Source: Clostridia bacterium (GTDB lineage: Bacteria > Bacillota > Clostridia > Oscillospirales > CAG-272). Taken from it: a DNA stretch of 64,000 nucleotides. The position numbers were made by a program, and so were the translations under genes. Of the stretch, positions 32,716-46,070 are shown piece by piece (the stretch's first letter is position 1; each line of letters opens with the position of its first letter). The notes below the pieces were generated by a model, which made no database searches, was not told the DNA's origin, and saw only the letters and a list, made by a program, of their open reading frames with translations. Location of the stretch: positions 17,428-81,427 of the forward strand of contig JAFTLE010000001.1 of assembly GCA_017452895.1 (NCBI GenBank), written 5' to 3'.

Positions 32716-34706
32716 TTTTTACCTATTCTTCTCACCTGTATACCGAGCGGCGCTCCGCACGCGTAGGCGCGCAGCACGGCGGCGATCTCTTTCTCATCTT
32801 CTACGGTAAAGATAAAATGCGTGTGGTTGATACGGTAGCGCGCAAGCTCCTCCCTCGCATCGCCCATATAGGTCGGCAGGCTGTTAAGGATCAGATTGCG
32901 GTGCGGATACTCCCGCAGCATCGGGAAGGCGGCACCGCGACGGTCTGTAAGCACAGCCTTGCCGCATTTGCTACACCCGAAATTCTCCTTGATAAAGCAA
33001 CGCTCCGTCAGCATCAGCGGAATGCGGCCGTAAACGATCACGCCACCACCGATATCCCGTGCCTGCGGCAGCGTCAGCTCGGGGGAAAGCAGGGCGGTCG
33101 AAAGCCCCGCATCCTTCCAGAACGCTGCACTCTCACGGTTATAGATATTGAAGCGGAAATCGCCGTGCGGCGTCATTCCGTATTCCTTGACGAGGGCGAT
33201 CTGTCCGCCACCCGATACGAGCGCGTCCTTGACACCGCGCGCGGCGGCATCCTTCAGCATACGATGCACACGGGGCATCTCTTTTTCGGTAACGGTCGGC
33301 GGCAGAAGAATGCCGATGCCGTCGCTCTTTACCTCCGCAAGCCTCCACAGCGGCAAAAATACGCGGTCAAAAAAGCGCTTGTTTTGTAAGCTTAACTTGT
33401 CATACGCCGTCGGATCGTAGAAGGTTGCCGTCCGAAGCTGTGGCGCGATACTCCCTTCGGCGACCTTCGGCATTTCTTCAACCCGCACGGCAGGCAGTGC
33501 CGTCAGCGCAGAGACGGCGTCGCGGCGCAGGCGGTTGATCGCGGCGGGGGAGAGATTCAGCCCCTCGTCCAGCGAGAGCGTAAGGTCTCCGTCAGCCAGC
33601 GTAAAGAAGGTTCCGCCAAGCTTTGAAAGATTGCGAAGCACCGATTCGCGCGAAAGCGGCGCACTGCGCGCAGGCTCGGGGATCTCGCCGTTTACGGTCA
33701 CGGAGCGGCCGCGGTGCGTGAAGGTCAAAGTACTCGGCTGATCGCGCAGAAGCTTCATCTCTGCCGTGATCGGCTGCGTTTTTTCCTTGTTTTCCATCTC
33801 GGCTTGCGCCTCACTCGACACACGCGTGCCCGTCATCGGGTCGGCGATCCTACCCGTCAGATAGCCGTCGGTGAAGCCGCGGGAAAAGAGTGCGTGCAGC
33901 GCGGCGACCTCTATTTTCGTTGCGGCACGCCCCTCATCAAGAAGGCGGCGGTAGATTGCGACGGTGCCCGACACGTAGGCGGGGCTTTTCATCCGCCCCT
34001 CAATCTTAAGCGAGGCGGTGCCCGAATCGATCAGCGACGGAATATGCTCTGCAAGGCAAAGGTCGCAGAGGCTGAGCGGATAGTGATTGCCGCCATAGGG
34101 CAAGCGGCAGGGCTGGGCACACTCGCCGCGGTTACCGCTGCGACCGCCGACCAGCGAGGAAAAGAGACATTGCCCCGAGGTCGAAACGCAAAGTGCACCG
34201 TGCAAAAAGATCTCGGTCTCGATCCCTGCCTTCTCGGTCGTCGCCGTCAGATCGGCAAGCGACAGCTCACGCGCCAGCACCACGCGCGAAAGGCCGAGCA
34301 AGGCGAGCGCGTCGGCACCGTCCGCAGAATGCACTGACATCTGCGTACTGCCGTGAAGCGAAAGCTCGGGAAGATAGCGGTGTAAAAGCGACGCCGCACC
34401 GATATCCGCAACGATGGCGGCATCCGCCCCCATTTTTGCAAGCCCCTCGGCATATCGCAGAAAATCGGGAAGCTCTTTATCGTAAACGAGCGTGTTGAGC
34501 GTTACATAGACGCGCACACCGTGCGCGTGCGCGTACGCGATGCCACGCGTCAGCATTTCGCTATTCAGATTTTGCGCGTTCATACGCGCGTTGAAGGCAC
34601 TCCCCCCGAGGTATACGGCATCTGCCCCCGCGTTGACCGCGGCGACCAGCGCATCGTACGAGCCCGCGGGCGCGAGAAGCTCGGGAAGTCGGTTTTTTCG
34701 TTTCAT
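32712..34706 (-). CDS. Peptidase U32 family protein (collagenase-like, with C-terminal DUF3656-like extension)
   Basis: 664 aa, with ..ELLAPAGS...L.AA...GADAVYLGG..FNAR and ..ECAQPCR.. U32 signatures. Confidence 0.8.
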   Translation of the reverse strand: MKRKNRLPELLAPAGSYDALVAAVNAGADAVYLGGSAFNARMNAQNLNSEMLTRGIAYAHAHGVRVYVTLNTLVYDKELPDFLRYAEGLAKMGADAAIVADIGAASLLHRYLPELSLHGSTQMSVHSADGADALALLGLSRVVLARELSLADLTATTEKAGIETEIFLHGALCVSTSGQCLFSSLVGGRSGNRGECAQPCRLPYGGNHYPLSLCDLCLAEHIPSLIDSGTASLKIEGRMKSPAYVSGTVAIYRRLLDEGRAATKIEVAALHALFSRGFTDGYLTGRIADPMTGTRVSSEAQAEMENKEKTQPITAEMKLLRDQPSTLTFTHRGRSVTVNGEIPEPARSAPLSRESVLRNLSKLGGTFFTLADGDLTLSLDEGLNLSPAAINRLRRDAVSALTALPAVRVEEMPKVAEGSIAPQLRTATFYDPTAYDKLSLQNKRFFDRVFLPLWRLAEVKSDGIGILLPPTVTEKEMPRVHRMLKDAAARGVKDALVSGGGQIALVKEYGMTPHGDFRFNIYNRESAAFWKDAGLSTALLSPELTLPQARDIGGGVIVYGRIPLMLTERCFIKENFGCSKCGKAVLTDRRGAAFPMLREYPHRNLILNSLPTYMGDAREELARYRINHTHFIFTVEDEKEIAAVLRAYACGAPLGIQVRRIGKK

Positions 34707-34802
34707 TTTCTGCCTTTCTTTCGGAAAGACTTGCTTTTTTCCGAAAAATCAGTATAATGTAAGTATATTATAGTAAAAACGCGCTCCAAAATCAAGGGCG
34801 TT

Positions 34803-35606
34803 ATGAAAGAAAGACGGAAAATGAAGAAGATTCTCGACTCCAAACGCATCATCATTAAGGTCGGCACCTCCACGCTGACCCACGAAAACGGTCATCTCGA
34901 TCTGCGCCGCATTGAAACGCTGGTGCGCATCGTCTCCGATTTTAAAAATCAGGGGCGCGAGGTGGTTCTGGTGTCCTCGGGCGCTGTCAGCGCGGGGATC
35001 GCACGCCTCAATCTCGACCACCGCCCCCGCTCGACCGAGGAAAAGCAGGCACTCGCCGCAGTCGGGCAGAGCCAGCTGATGAATATTTACGAGCGGCTTT
35101 TCGCAGGATACGGCCATTCGGTCGGTCAGATTCTGATGACCAAGGACGTTATTGACAATCCGCACCGCTTCGCCGCGGCGGAAAGCACCTTTGCGAAGTT
35201 GATCGCACTCGGCTGTGTGCCGATCGTCAATGAAAACGACTCGATCTCAAGTGAGGAGATCAACTTTGGCGGTAACGACACCCTCTCGGCATATGTTGCC
35301 TGCGTCTGCCACGCGGACCTTTTGATCAACCTCTCGGATATCGACGGTCTTTACACCGCCGATCCGCGCACGAATTCCGATGCACGACGCATCCCGTTGG
35401 TTGAGGCCTTGACCGACGAAATCTACGCGATGGCAGGGGGTGCGGGCACCGAGCGCGGTACGGGCGGTATGCAGACCAAGCTCAAGGCGGCGGCGATCGT
35501 CACCGAAAAGGGAATCCCGATGCTGATCGCAAACGGCCACAACCCCGCTGTTCTTTACGACGTTCTCGACGGCAAGGACGTGGGAACCCTGTTTCTCGCA
35601 AAATAA
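34803..35606 (+). CDS. proB: Glutamate 5-kinase (short form without PUA domain)
   Basis: ..IIIKVGTSTLT.., ..VLVSSGAV..G.., ..IVNENDS.., ..FGGNDTLSA.., ..GGMQTKL.AA... The start may be 34803 or 34821. Confidence 0.9.
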   Translation: MKERRKMKKILDSKRIIIKVGTSTLTHENGHLDLRRIETLVRIVSDFKNQGREVVLVSSGAVSAGIARLNLDHRPRSTEEKQALAAVGQSQLMNIYERLFAGYGHSVGQILMTKDVIDNPHRFAAAESTFAKLIALGCVPIVNENDSISSEEINFGGNDTLSAYVACVCHADLLINLSDIDGLYTADPRTNSDARRIPLVEALTDEIYAMAGGAGTERGTGGMQTKLKAAAIVTEKGIPMLIANGHNPAVLYDVLDGKDVGTLFLAK

Positions 35607-35650
35607 AAGAAATCCATTCAAGCCTTTCGCTTGAATGGATTTCTTTTTTC
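35604..35650. terminator. Bidirectional terminator between proB and the O-antigen ligase-like gene
   Basis: aaaagaaatccattcaagc-ctttc-gcttgaatggatttctttttt. Confidence 0.75.
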
Positions 35651-37009
35651 TTGTTTTTCGATCAAAACGAAGAGTGCCACCGTAATCAGCTCGTAGGGGA
35701 GCGGTACGAATTCACCGGGATTGACCTGACTCATCAGAAGGACACCGATATAGGACAAAAAAAGACACAGGGTACGGGGACCGATCCGCAAAAGAGCGGA
35801 GCGCACACGCAAAATGATCTGCCAGAGGTAGGCAAGAATGCCGACAAGACCCATACTGCCGATCACCTGTGGAATAAACATATGGTAAAAATACATCGCG
35901 CCCTGCCGCGGATTGTAAAGATCACTGTTTCCGCTGTACCCGATCCCCTGCCCGAAGATCGGCGCCGCCTTAAAGCCCTCGATCGCGCGGTCGATCAAAA
36001 GTACGCGTGCCTCTCCTTCCTCAACGATATTCCCGTCGAGAAGACGTTTGAAGAAGAAGGACAGATCATATTGCCGATGCAAAAAGAAAAAAGCGAGGGC
36101 GCAAGCGAGAAGGACTGCGAAATTTGCAAGCTTTCGCCACCTGCCCTTGCCAACGAGGACGGCGTACGGGATGAGAAGCGCCATCTCAACCGTGCCGAAC
36201 AAAATCCCCCCGCGGGAGGAAGTGCAAAGAAGCGCCGCATACATCAAAACGCAAGCAAGCACGTGCCAGGGTCCCTTGCGCGCAAAATAAAGCGGAAAGG
36301 GCATACAGAGCATCAGAACCGTTGAAATATTGTTGCGCCACTGGAAATTCAGGCTCAGCTTTCCCGCCAGCATCGCTTCCTTATTCTCGAGGAAAAAGCC
36401 AATGCAATGCTCCCCTACCATATACGCGGCAAAGAGCCCCCAAAGATACATATAGAGCATAAAGCGGCGCGTGATCTCTTCACTGTCGTGCGCCTCGATA
36501 TCCGAGCGCATCAGAAGATAGATCAGCAGCATTCCAAAGCCGAGCATCAAAACGTGATAGATCGCCGCCCCCGCAAAATAATCGCGCGCGCTGATATAGA
36601 AGGCACCGCCGAGCGTCAGCGCGACCGCAACGGCAAGCGAGCCCGTAAAATGCTCGCCGAGCTTGATCGGGTGGCGATAAACGGCGAGGTGGAGGATCAA
36701 GCAAAACGCCGCTGGGATCAGCATCCACATATACGGCGAGAAAAGCGCATAGCCGTCGTACGCCGTCAGGACGAATGCCGCGGGAAACAAAAGCGGTAGA
36801 AGCACCGAGCAGAAATCGTCGCAGACCAGAAGATAGAGCATCACGATCCAAAGAAAGGTGATTGCCCCCTCAACGGGCTTTTCAAAATGGAAGACTAAAA
36901 CGGCAAGCAAAAAAAGCACGCCGTGCGCGAAGGGTGAGCGCAGTGCCGTGCGGGCAATATACAGATACTTCTGAAAATGCCGTAATGCTTCCATATCCGA
37001 TCCTTTCAA
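35618..37009 (-). CDS. O-antigen ligase (Wzy_C) family membrane protein
   Basis: 463-aa polytopic protein with ..LLCTSSRGGILF.. (Wzy_C loop motif). Confidence 0.7.
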   Translation of the reverse strand: MKGSDMEALRHFQKYLYIARTALRSPFAHGVLFLLAVLVFHFEKPVEGAITFLWIVMLYLLVCDDFCSVLLPLLFPAAFVLTAYDGYALFSPYMWMLIPAAFCLILHLAVYRHPIKLGEHFTGSLAVAVALTLGGAFYISARDYFAGAAIYHVLMLGFGMLLIYLLMRSDIEAHDSEEITRRFMLYMYLWGLFAAYMVGEHCIGFFLENKEAMLAGKLSLNFQWRNNISTVLMLCMPFPLYFARKGPWHVLACVLMYAALLCTSSRGGILFGTVEMALLIPYAVLVGKGRWRKLANFAVLLACALAFFFLHRQYDLSFFFKRLLDGNIVEEGEARVLLIDRAIEGFKAAPIFGQGIGYSGNSDLYNPRQGAMYFYHMFIPQVIGSMGLVGILAYLWQIILRVRSALLRIGPRTLCLFLSYIGVLLMSQVNPGEFVPLPYELITVALFVLIEKQEKRNPFKRKA

Positions 37010-37129
37010 ATGATCACCCTTTATTTTACAACCTTTATTTTACCAATCTGTGAACAATCTTTTTTGTCTGTTCTGCACAAAAAAAGTTGGTTTTTTTGAA
37101 AAAATATGGATAAAGTCTTCAAAAACCTA

Positions 37130-37158
37130 TTGCACATTGCATTTTGATGTAGTATAAT
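37130..37158 (+). promoter_or_regulatory. Sigma-A-type promoter for the EF-G paralog
   Basis: TTGCAC-N17-TATAAT in an AT-rich intergenic region. Confidence 0.45.
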
Positions 37159-37233
37159 AAATTCAGATGCTTCATATTTGTTTATCTTATGATACCATCA
37201 AAACTACATTTATATATGGGAGGTCTCTTTTTT

Positions 37234-39306
37234 ATGGAACAGGTTTATACCAAAAGTATTCGCAATGTTGCTCTTCTTGGACACAGCGGTGGCGGTAAAA
37301 CGTCGCTCGTCGAATCGATGCTTTATATTTCAAGACTGACCGACCGTTTGGGCACGACCGCAGGCGGCAACACCGTATGCGACTACGACCCTGAGGAGAT
37401 CAAGCGCGGCTACTCGGTATCCGCGGCAACGGCGCCGATGCTTTGGAACGGCACGAAGATCAACATACTCGATACCCCCGGCTTCTTTGACTTTGAGGGT
37501 GAGGTCCGTCAGTGCGCACGTGCGGCAGACGCGGCGATCATCGTCGTTGACGGCAAGGCGGGCATTGAGGTCGGCACCGACCTTGCCTTCGAGCTTGCGA
37601 CCGAGCAGGGGATCCCCAAGGCGTTCTTCATCAATAACTTTGACGATCCCGACGCACGCTTTTACAAGGTGTTCGGCGCGATCCGCGAAAAATACGGTCT
37701 GACCGTCTGCCCGATCCAGATCCCGATCATTGACGGCGACACGGTCATCGGCTTTGCCAACCTCGTCGAGATGTGCGTTTACACCTTTGAAAAGGCAACG
37801 GGTGAATACGCACGTAGCAGCATCCCCGAAAAGTTCAGCGAGGTTTGCGCCGAATATCACAATATGCTGCTGGAGGCGATCGCGCAAACGAGCGACGAGC
37901 TGATGGATAAGTTCTTCAACGAAGAGCCGATCTCGCGCGAGGAGGCGCTGGAGGCGATCCATCAGGGAATTATCACGGGCGACATCATCCCCGTATTCTG
38001 CGGCTCTGCCGTCAAAAATTGGGGCATCAAGACCCTGCTTGATACGATTGCGGAATCCTTCCCGCGTCCGCTCGCGCGCAAGGTCGAGCATCTGATCGAC
38101 CTTGCGGGTAACGTCAGCGAAATACCGATCGAAATGGAAGGTCCCGATACCTCGATCTTCGTCTTCAAGACCATTGCCGACCCCTTCGTCGGTAAAATGT
38201 CCTTCTTCAAGGTTATGAACGGCGAGATCCGAAAGGATATGACACTCCGCAACACCACCACGGGCGTGCAGGAAAAGATCGGAAAGCTGATGATGATGCG
38301 CGGTAAAAAGCAGATTGAGGTCGACGCCCTCTCCTGCGGTGATATCGGCGTGGTCGCAAAGCTGCAGAACACCAACACGAACGACACTCTGACAACCCGT
38401 TCCGATCATATCCGCTATCTGCCGATCTCGTATCCCACCCCCTACTATACGATGGCAATTACTTCGAAGAGCAAGGCCGATGCCGACAAGCTCTCGGGCG
38501 GTATTGCAAGACTGCTTGAGGAGGATCCGACCCTTCAGTATAAAAACGATCCCGTCACGAAGCAGCTGACCATCTCGGGTCTTGGCGACATTCACCTTGA
38601 CATTCTGACCTCGAAGCTGCAATCGCGCTTCGGCGTATCGGTCGAGCTGGCAAAGCCGCGCCTTGCCTATAAGGAATCGATCAAAAAGCCCGTCGACGTG
38701 GAGGGCAAGCACAAAAAGCAGTCGGGCGGTGCAGGTCAGTACGGTCACGTCAAAATCAAATTCGCCCCCTACGACGGTGAAGGGCTGGATTTCCAGACGA
38801 GCGTTGTCGGCGGTGCCGTACCGAAGAACTTCTTCCCCGCAGTCGAGGCAGGTCTCGTTGAGTGTATGCAAAAGGGTATCCTTGCGGGCTACCCGATGGC
38901 AAGCCTCTCTGCAAATCTCTACGACGGCTCCTACCACGATGTTGACTCCAACGAGATCTCCTTCAAGCTCGCGGCGGGGCTTGCCTACCGTGAGGCAATG
39001 CCGAAGGCGCAGCCAGTGCTTCTTGAGCCCGTCGGCTCGCTCAAGGTCACCGTACCCGAAAGTTACGTCGGCGACGTGTTGGGCGACCTCAACAAGCGCC
39101 GCGGCAGAGTGATGGGCATCGATCACGAGGAGGGTGGCAAGCAATCGGTGTTGGCAGAGGTTCCCTTTGCTGAAATGACCGATTACGTCATCGCTCTGCG
39201 TGCCGCAACGCAGGGACGCGGCAGATTCGATTATGCCTTCGTCCGCTATGAGGAGGTTCCTGCGAATCTGGCGGATAAGATCATCAAGGAAGCCGCAAAC
39301 AACTAA
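37234..39306 (+). CDS. Elongation factor G paralog (EF-G2-like translational GTPase)
   Basis: Trimmed to MEQVYTKSIRNVALLGHSGGGKTSL.. (GGGAGG RBS). The G1 motif is GHSGGGKT rather than the canonical AHIDAGKT. It has DTPG, a FINNFD (NKxD-like) motif and the full five-domain length (690 aa). Confidence 0.8.
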   Translation: MEQVYTKSIRNVALLGHSGGGKTSLVESMLYISRLTDRLGTTAGGNTVCDYDPEEIKRGYSVSAATAPMLWNGTKINILDTPGFFDFEGEVRQCARAADAAIIVVDGKAGIEVGTDLAFELATEQGIPKAFFINNFDDPDARFYKVFGAIREKYGLTVCPIQIPIIDGDTVIGFANLVEMCVYTFEKATGEYARSSIPEKFSEVCAEYHNMLLEAIAQTSDELMDKFFNEEPISREEALEAIHQGIITGDIIPVFCGSAVKNWGIKTLLDTIAESFPRPLARKVEHLIDLAGNVSEIPIEMEGPDTSIFVFKTIADPFVGKMSFFKVMNGEIRKDMTLRNTTTGVQEKIGKLMMMRGKKQIEVDALSCGDIGVVAKLQNTNTNDTLTTRSDHIRYLPISYPTPYYTMAITSKSKADADKLSGGIARLLEEDPTLQYKNDPVTKQLTISGLGDIHLDILTSKLQSRFGVSVELAKPRLAYKESIKKPVDVEGKHKKQSGGAGQYGHVKIKFAPYDGEGLDFQTSVVGGAVPKNFFPAVEAGLVECMQKGILAGYPMASLSANLYDGSYHDVDSNEISFKLAAGLAYREAMPKAQPVLLEPVGSLKVTVPESYVGDVLGDLNKRRGRVMGIDHEEGGKQSVLAEVPFAEMTDYVIALRAATQGRGRFDYAFVRYEEVPANLADKIIKEAANN

Positions 39307-39310
39307 TTCT

Positions 39311-39350
39311 CATGCAAAAAACCACTCGGAGTGATCCGAGTGGTTTTTTG
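39311..39350 (+). terminator. Rho-independent terminator after the EF-G paralog
   Basis: aaaaaaccactcgga-gtga-tccgagtggttttttg. Confidence 0.75.
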
Positions 39351-39367
39351 TATACTTTTATTTACAT

Positions 39368-40507
39368 TTAGTTTTTGTTTCCAAACAACTTTTTGAAAAA
39401 GCCACTGCTCTTTTGGTTGTTTGCCTCGCCGCAGCTTTTCGCAAACTCCTGAAGCAGCTCCTTTTGCTTTTGCGACAGATTCTTCGGCACCTCGACCGTC
39501 AGAGTCAGGATCAGATCGCCCTTGCGCTTCGTATTGACGTCAGCGATGCCCTTGCCGCGCAGAGTAAAGACGGCACCGCCCTGCGTTCCCTCGGGGACCG
39601 TAAACTTTTCCTTGCCGTCAAGCGTTGGAATGTCGATCTCAGCACCGAGTGCCGCCTGCGTAAAGGTGATCGGGATTTCACAGTAGATATGATTGCCCTC
39701 TCGCTCGAAGATCGCGTGCGGACGTACCTTTACCTCAATGATCAGATCACCGTGCGGACCACCGTTTCTGCCCGCCGAGCCCATACCGCGCTGAACGATA
39801 CGGTTGCCGTTGTCAATGCCTGCGGGAATGGTAAACTCCATCGTCTTCGTCAGCTTTACGTATCCGCTGCCGCGGCAGTTTTTGCACGGCGTGCGTACGA
39901 TCTTACCCGTACCGCGGCATCCGCTGCACGCGCGGCTCTGCTGCATCATACCGAAGGGGGTCTGCGTTCTGACCGTGACCTGACCCGTACCACGACAGGT
40001 TTCGCAGGTCTCGGGGGAGGTACCGGGGGCCGCCCCGCTTCCCTTACAGTCGCCGCACGCCTCGACACGGTTGAAGGAGATCTCCTTCTTACAGCCAAAG
40101 ACCGCCTCCTCAAAGGACAGCACGACGCGGGCATAAACGTCCTCACCAGGGATCGCGCGGTTGCGGGAGGAGCCGCCACCGCCGCCAAAGCCACCGAAGC
40201 CACCGCCAAAGAAGGAGGAGAAGATGTCTCCGAAGTCCATACCGCCGAAGCCGCCACCACTGCCGGCACCGCCCGCCTCAAAGGCGGCGTGACCGAACTG
40301 GTCGTACTGCTGACGCTTCTCAGCGTCCGAGAGGATCGCGTACGCCTCATTGACCTCCTTAATCCTCTGCTCGGCTTCCTTGTCGACGGGATTCATATCG
40401 GGATGATATTTTTTTGCAAGCGATCGGTACGCCTTCTTCAGGTCCGCGTCGGTCGCGCCCTTCGAAACGCCCAGTACCTCGTAATAATCGCGTTTTTGTT
40501 CTGCCAT
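39368..40507 (-). CDS. dnaJ: Molecular chaperone DnaJ
   Basis: It has a J-domain (..[20 protein letters not shown]..), a G/F region and four CxxCxGxG zinc motifs. Confidence 0.95.
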   Translation of the reverse strand: MAEQKRDYYEVLGVSKGATDADLKKAYRSLAKKYHPDMNPVDKEAEQRIKEVNEAYAILSDAEKRQQYDQFGHAAFEAGGAGSGGGFGGMDFGDIFSSFFGGGFGGFGGGGGSSRNRAIPGEDVYARVVLSFEEAVFGCKKEISFNRVEACGDCKGSGAAPGTSPETCETCRGTGQVTVRTQTPFGMMQQSRACSGCRGTGKIVRTPCKNCRGSGYVKLTKTMEFTIPAGIDNGNRIVQRGMGSAGRNGGPHGDLIIEVKVRPHAIFEREGNHIYCEIPITFTQAALGAEIDIPTLDGKEKFTVPEGTQGGAVFTLRGKGIADVNTKRKGDLILTLTVEVPKNLSQKQKELLQEFAKSCGEANNQKSSGFFKKLFGNKN

Positions 40508-40554
40508 AGATTCTCCCGACAGAGCGAGGCTTCGCCCCGCTCTGCTACCTTGTC

Positions 40555-42988
<2,434 letters not shown>

Positions 42989-42992
<4 letters not shown>

Positions 42993-44053
42993 TCCTTAGG
43001 TCCTTCTATTTTTTTCGGCTCGGACAGATTCAGCATCTCATTGACGTCCTCTGCCAGCTGATTGACGGTCGCTATGACCTTTGAATAATCCATACGACAG
43101 GGACCGATGACGCCGATGGCACCCACGACCCGATCTCCGTCCTTGACGGTCCTGTATACGAACGCCGACTTCTGCATTCCGTCGGGCCCGTCCTCGTTAC
43201 CGATATAAATATTCACGTCATCACTCGACGCGTCGGTGGGGATCAGATTCAGGATATCATCCTTATTTTCAATACTGCCAAGCAAGCGCTGAAGCCTGCC
43301 GACGTCGGCGTATTCGGGATATTCCAGAAGGTGGTTGAGCCCCTCGACCTTCAGGTCGCCGCCGTCAAGCTCTCGGATCACGGCGTAGACCGCCTTGATC
43401 ACGGGGTCAACCGCAAAGGCATACTCACCCATACGGCGCTCCAGCTCCATGATGCGCTGAATATTAATCTGCTCGACCGTCACACCGACAAGACTCTCGT
43501 TGAGTGCCGCAAGTAAAAGCGTCTGCGCCGACTCGGGAAGTGCCGCGGGCAGATGCACGTTTTTCGTCTTAACCGTGCTGCCAAACAGCAAAACCAGGAT
43601 GAGATCGTGCTCGCCAAGACGTACGCACTCAAAGCGGGTGACTGCTACCGCGCTCTGCCGCGGCTTCACGGCAATGGCGGTGTAATTGGTCAGATTGGAG
43701 GCAAGACGCGATGCCTCGGACAGAATCTGGTCAAGCTCGGATAGCTTGTGCCGCAGATTCAGATTGATCCGCTCGATCTCGCCGACCGTCATACTGTATC
43801 GCTGTAAAAGCGAATCGACGTAAAAGCGGTAGCCAAGCTCGGAGGGAACACGCCCTGCCGACGTATGCGGCTGCTCAAGATACCCCATCGCCTCAAGCTC
43901 CGCCATTTCATTGCGAATGGTAGCAGAGGAGCAGGTCAACTGCTTATCGCTTGCCAGATACTTCGACCCAACGGGCTCTCCGTAGGCAATGTGTGCGTCA
44001 ACGATCGCCTTCAGGATCTGTTTTTTACGCGCACTCAAGCGGTCCTCGGACAT
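42989..44053 (-). CDS. hrcA: Heat-inducible transcription repressor HrcA
   Basis: 354 aa, with ..RK..IL.AIV..YI..GEPVGSK.L......SSATIRNEMA.LE..G.L.QPHTSAGR.P... Confidence 0.92.
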
Positions 44054-44079
44054 ATTTTACGCCTCCCTTCACTCAGGTT

Positions 44080-44106
44080 TTAGCACTCTTTCGCTTCAAG
44101 TGCTAA
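44080..44106. promoter_or_regulatory. CIRCE operator (HrcA binding site) upstream of hrcA
   Basis: TTAGCACTC-tttcgcttc-AAGTGCTAA versus the consensus TTAGCACTC-N9-GAGTGCTAA (1 mismatch), 27 nt upstream of the hrcA ATG. Confidence 0.85.
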
Positions 44107-44229
44107 ATTCTATGATAAATGTACCACTTCTGTGCGTAAAAGTCAAGGGGAAAGCGCAAGACAATTATGAATTTTTTGTTAATTTGAAAAAGATTGCACC
44201 CCAAGAGCAGGCGGACAAAAAATATCGAC

Positions 44230-44258
44230 TTGACAAGTGAGTAATTATAGATTATAAT
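44230..44258 (+). promoter_or_regulatory. Consensus sigma-A promoter upstream of rny
   Basis: TTGACA-N17-TATAAT (perfect hexamers), ~165 nt upstream of the rny ATG. Confidence 0.6.
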
Positions 44259-44422
44259 TAATAGTATGTAAGGATATCGAGCAACACCCCCCGTCGGTCG
44301 GACGCCCTTTCCCGCCTTTCGTTTTTGCGTGTACGGACGGCGGTGCTGAGAGCGGCGGTTCGGGCAGTTGCTTCATCTATTTACGTAAGCACATATCACA
44401 AAACATTTCAAGGAGGTGCAAA

Positions 44423-45964
44423 ATGGACATTTTGATCCCGGTTCTCGTCGGTGTTGGTGCCGCGGTTCTCGGTCTTGTCGTTGGAATGCTGATCCGTAAG
44501 AAGCTTGCCGAGGGTAAGGTCGGCTCTGCAGAGGCACAGGCGAAAAAGATGCTTGAGGACGCCATCTACGCCGCTGAGGCGAAGAAGAAGGAATCGATCC
44601 TCGAGGCAAAAGAACAGATTCTCAAGGAAAGAAACGAAGTTGAAAACGAACTGAAGGAACGCCGTAAGGAGGTCACCCGCCTTGAGCGCCGCATCGCGCA
44701 AAAGGAGGAAAACCTTGACAGCAAAACCGAGGCGCTTGAGCGCAAGGAAGAAGCGCTTGAGAGAAAGCAGAAGGAGGCTGAGGCGGCGAAGGCAGAGGTA
44801 GAGGAGGTCAAGGCACGCCAGCTCGCTATGCTTGAAAAGCTCTCCGGCATTACGAAGGAGGAAGCGAAAAACGAGCTTCTGTCCCGTGTGGAGGGCGACA
44901 TCGCGCACGAAACTGCGTTGAAGATCTCGGAATACGAGGCACGCTTCCGTGAGGAGGCGGACGATAAGGCGAGAAGCATTCTCTCGCTCGCCATCCAGCG
45001 TTGTGCGGCAGATCACGTCAGCGAGATCTCGATCTCGGTCGTCAACCTGCCCAACGAGGAAATGAAGGGACGTATTATCGGTCGTGAGGGCCGTAATATC
45101 CGTACCATCGAAACGATGACGGGCGTTGACCTGATCATCGACGACACGCCGGTGGCAATTACTATCTCGGGCTTTGATCCCGTCCGTCGCGAGATCGCGA
45201 AGATCGCGCTTGAAAAGCTGATCGCCGACGGCCGTATCCACCCCGCAAGAATTGAGGAAATGGTGGAAAAGGCACGCAAGGAGGTTGAGGCATCCATCAA
45301 GCAGGCGGGCGAAAAGGCTGTTTTCGAGACGGGTGTACACGGGCTGAATCCCGAGCTTGTCAAGCTGCTTGGCAGACTCAAATACCGCACGAGCTTCGGA
45401 CAGAACGTGCTTCGCCACTCGATCGAGGTCTCGATTCTGTCGGGCGTGCTCGCAGTTGAGCTTGGCGTTGACAGCACGCTTGCAAAGCGCGCGGGTCTTC
45501 TCCACGATATTGGTAAGGCACTGACCGCGGAGAGCGAGGGCACCCACATTCAGCTCGGTGTTGAAACGGCGCGTAAGTTCAAGGAAAGTCGCGACGTGAT
45601 CCACGCTATTGAGGCACACCACGGTGACGTCGATCCGCAGTCGACCTACGCCTTCATCATTCAGGCGGCAGACGCCATCTCGGCAGCACGCCCCGGCGCG
45701 CGCCGTGAGGACGTTGAAAACTATATTAAGCGTCTGCAGAAGCTTGAGGAGATCGCTTGCGAATTCCACGGCGTTGAAAAGTCCTATGCCATTCAGGCAG
45801 GCCGTGAGATCCGCGTGATGGTCAAGCCCGAGGCAGTCAGCGATGACCGTATGAAGATCTTAGCGCGTGACATCGCGAACAAGATCGAAAGCGAGCTGAG
45901 CTACCCCGGTCAGATCAAGGTCAATCTGATCCGCGAGAGCAGATTCACCGATTACGCAAAGTAA
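44423..45964 (+). CDS. rny: Ribonuclease Y
   Basis: 513 aa, with an N-terminal TM, a Glu/Lys coiled coil, a KH domain (..[12 protein letters not shown]..) and an HD domain (..HSIEV...LLHDIGK..). Confidence 0.95.
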   Translation: MDILIPVLVGVGAAVLGLVVGMLIRKKLAEGKVGSAEAQAKKMLEDAIYAAEAKKKESILEAKEQILKERNEVENELKERRKEVTRLERRIAQKEENLDSKTEALERKEEALERKQKEAEAAKAEVEEVKARQLAMLEKLSGITKEEAKNELLSRVEGDIAHETALKISEYEARFREEADDKARSILSLAIQRCAADHVSEISISVVNLPNEEMKGRIIGREGRNIRTIETMTGVDLIIDDTPVAITISGFDPVRREIAKIALEKLIADGRIHPARIEEMVEKARKEVEASIKQAGEKAVFETGVHGLNPELVKLLGRLKYRTSFGQNVLRHSIEVSILSGVLAVELGVDSTLAKRAGLLHDIGKALTAESEGTHIQLGVETARKFKESRDVIHAIEAHHGDVDPQSTYAFIIQAADAISAARPGARREDVENYIKRLQKLEEIACEFHGVEKSYAIQAGREIRVMVKPEAVSDDRMKILARDIANKIESELSYPGQIKVNLIRESRFTDYAK

Positions 45965-45996
45965 GGTTTACATTCCACTCGTTCTACACGCAAATC

Positions 45997-46030
45997 AAAC
46001 GGAATCGCCGCACGACGATTCCGTTTTTCA
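45997..46030 (+). terminator. Rho-independent terminator after rny
   Basis: aacggaatcg-ccgcacga-cgattccgttttt. Confidence 0.7.
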
Positions 46031-46070
46031 AAAGAGACGGGCACTCTATGCCCGATAGAAAGAGTTCATT

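Noticed and set aside
37330-39144. 604-aa minus-strand ORF opposite the EF-G paralog
   Set aside because: An antisense shadow ORF with no RBS and no recognisable domains.
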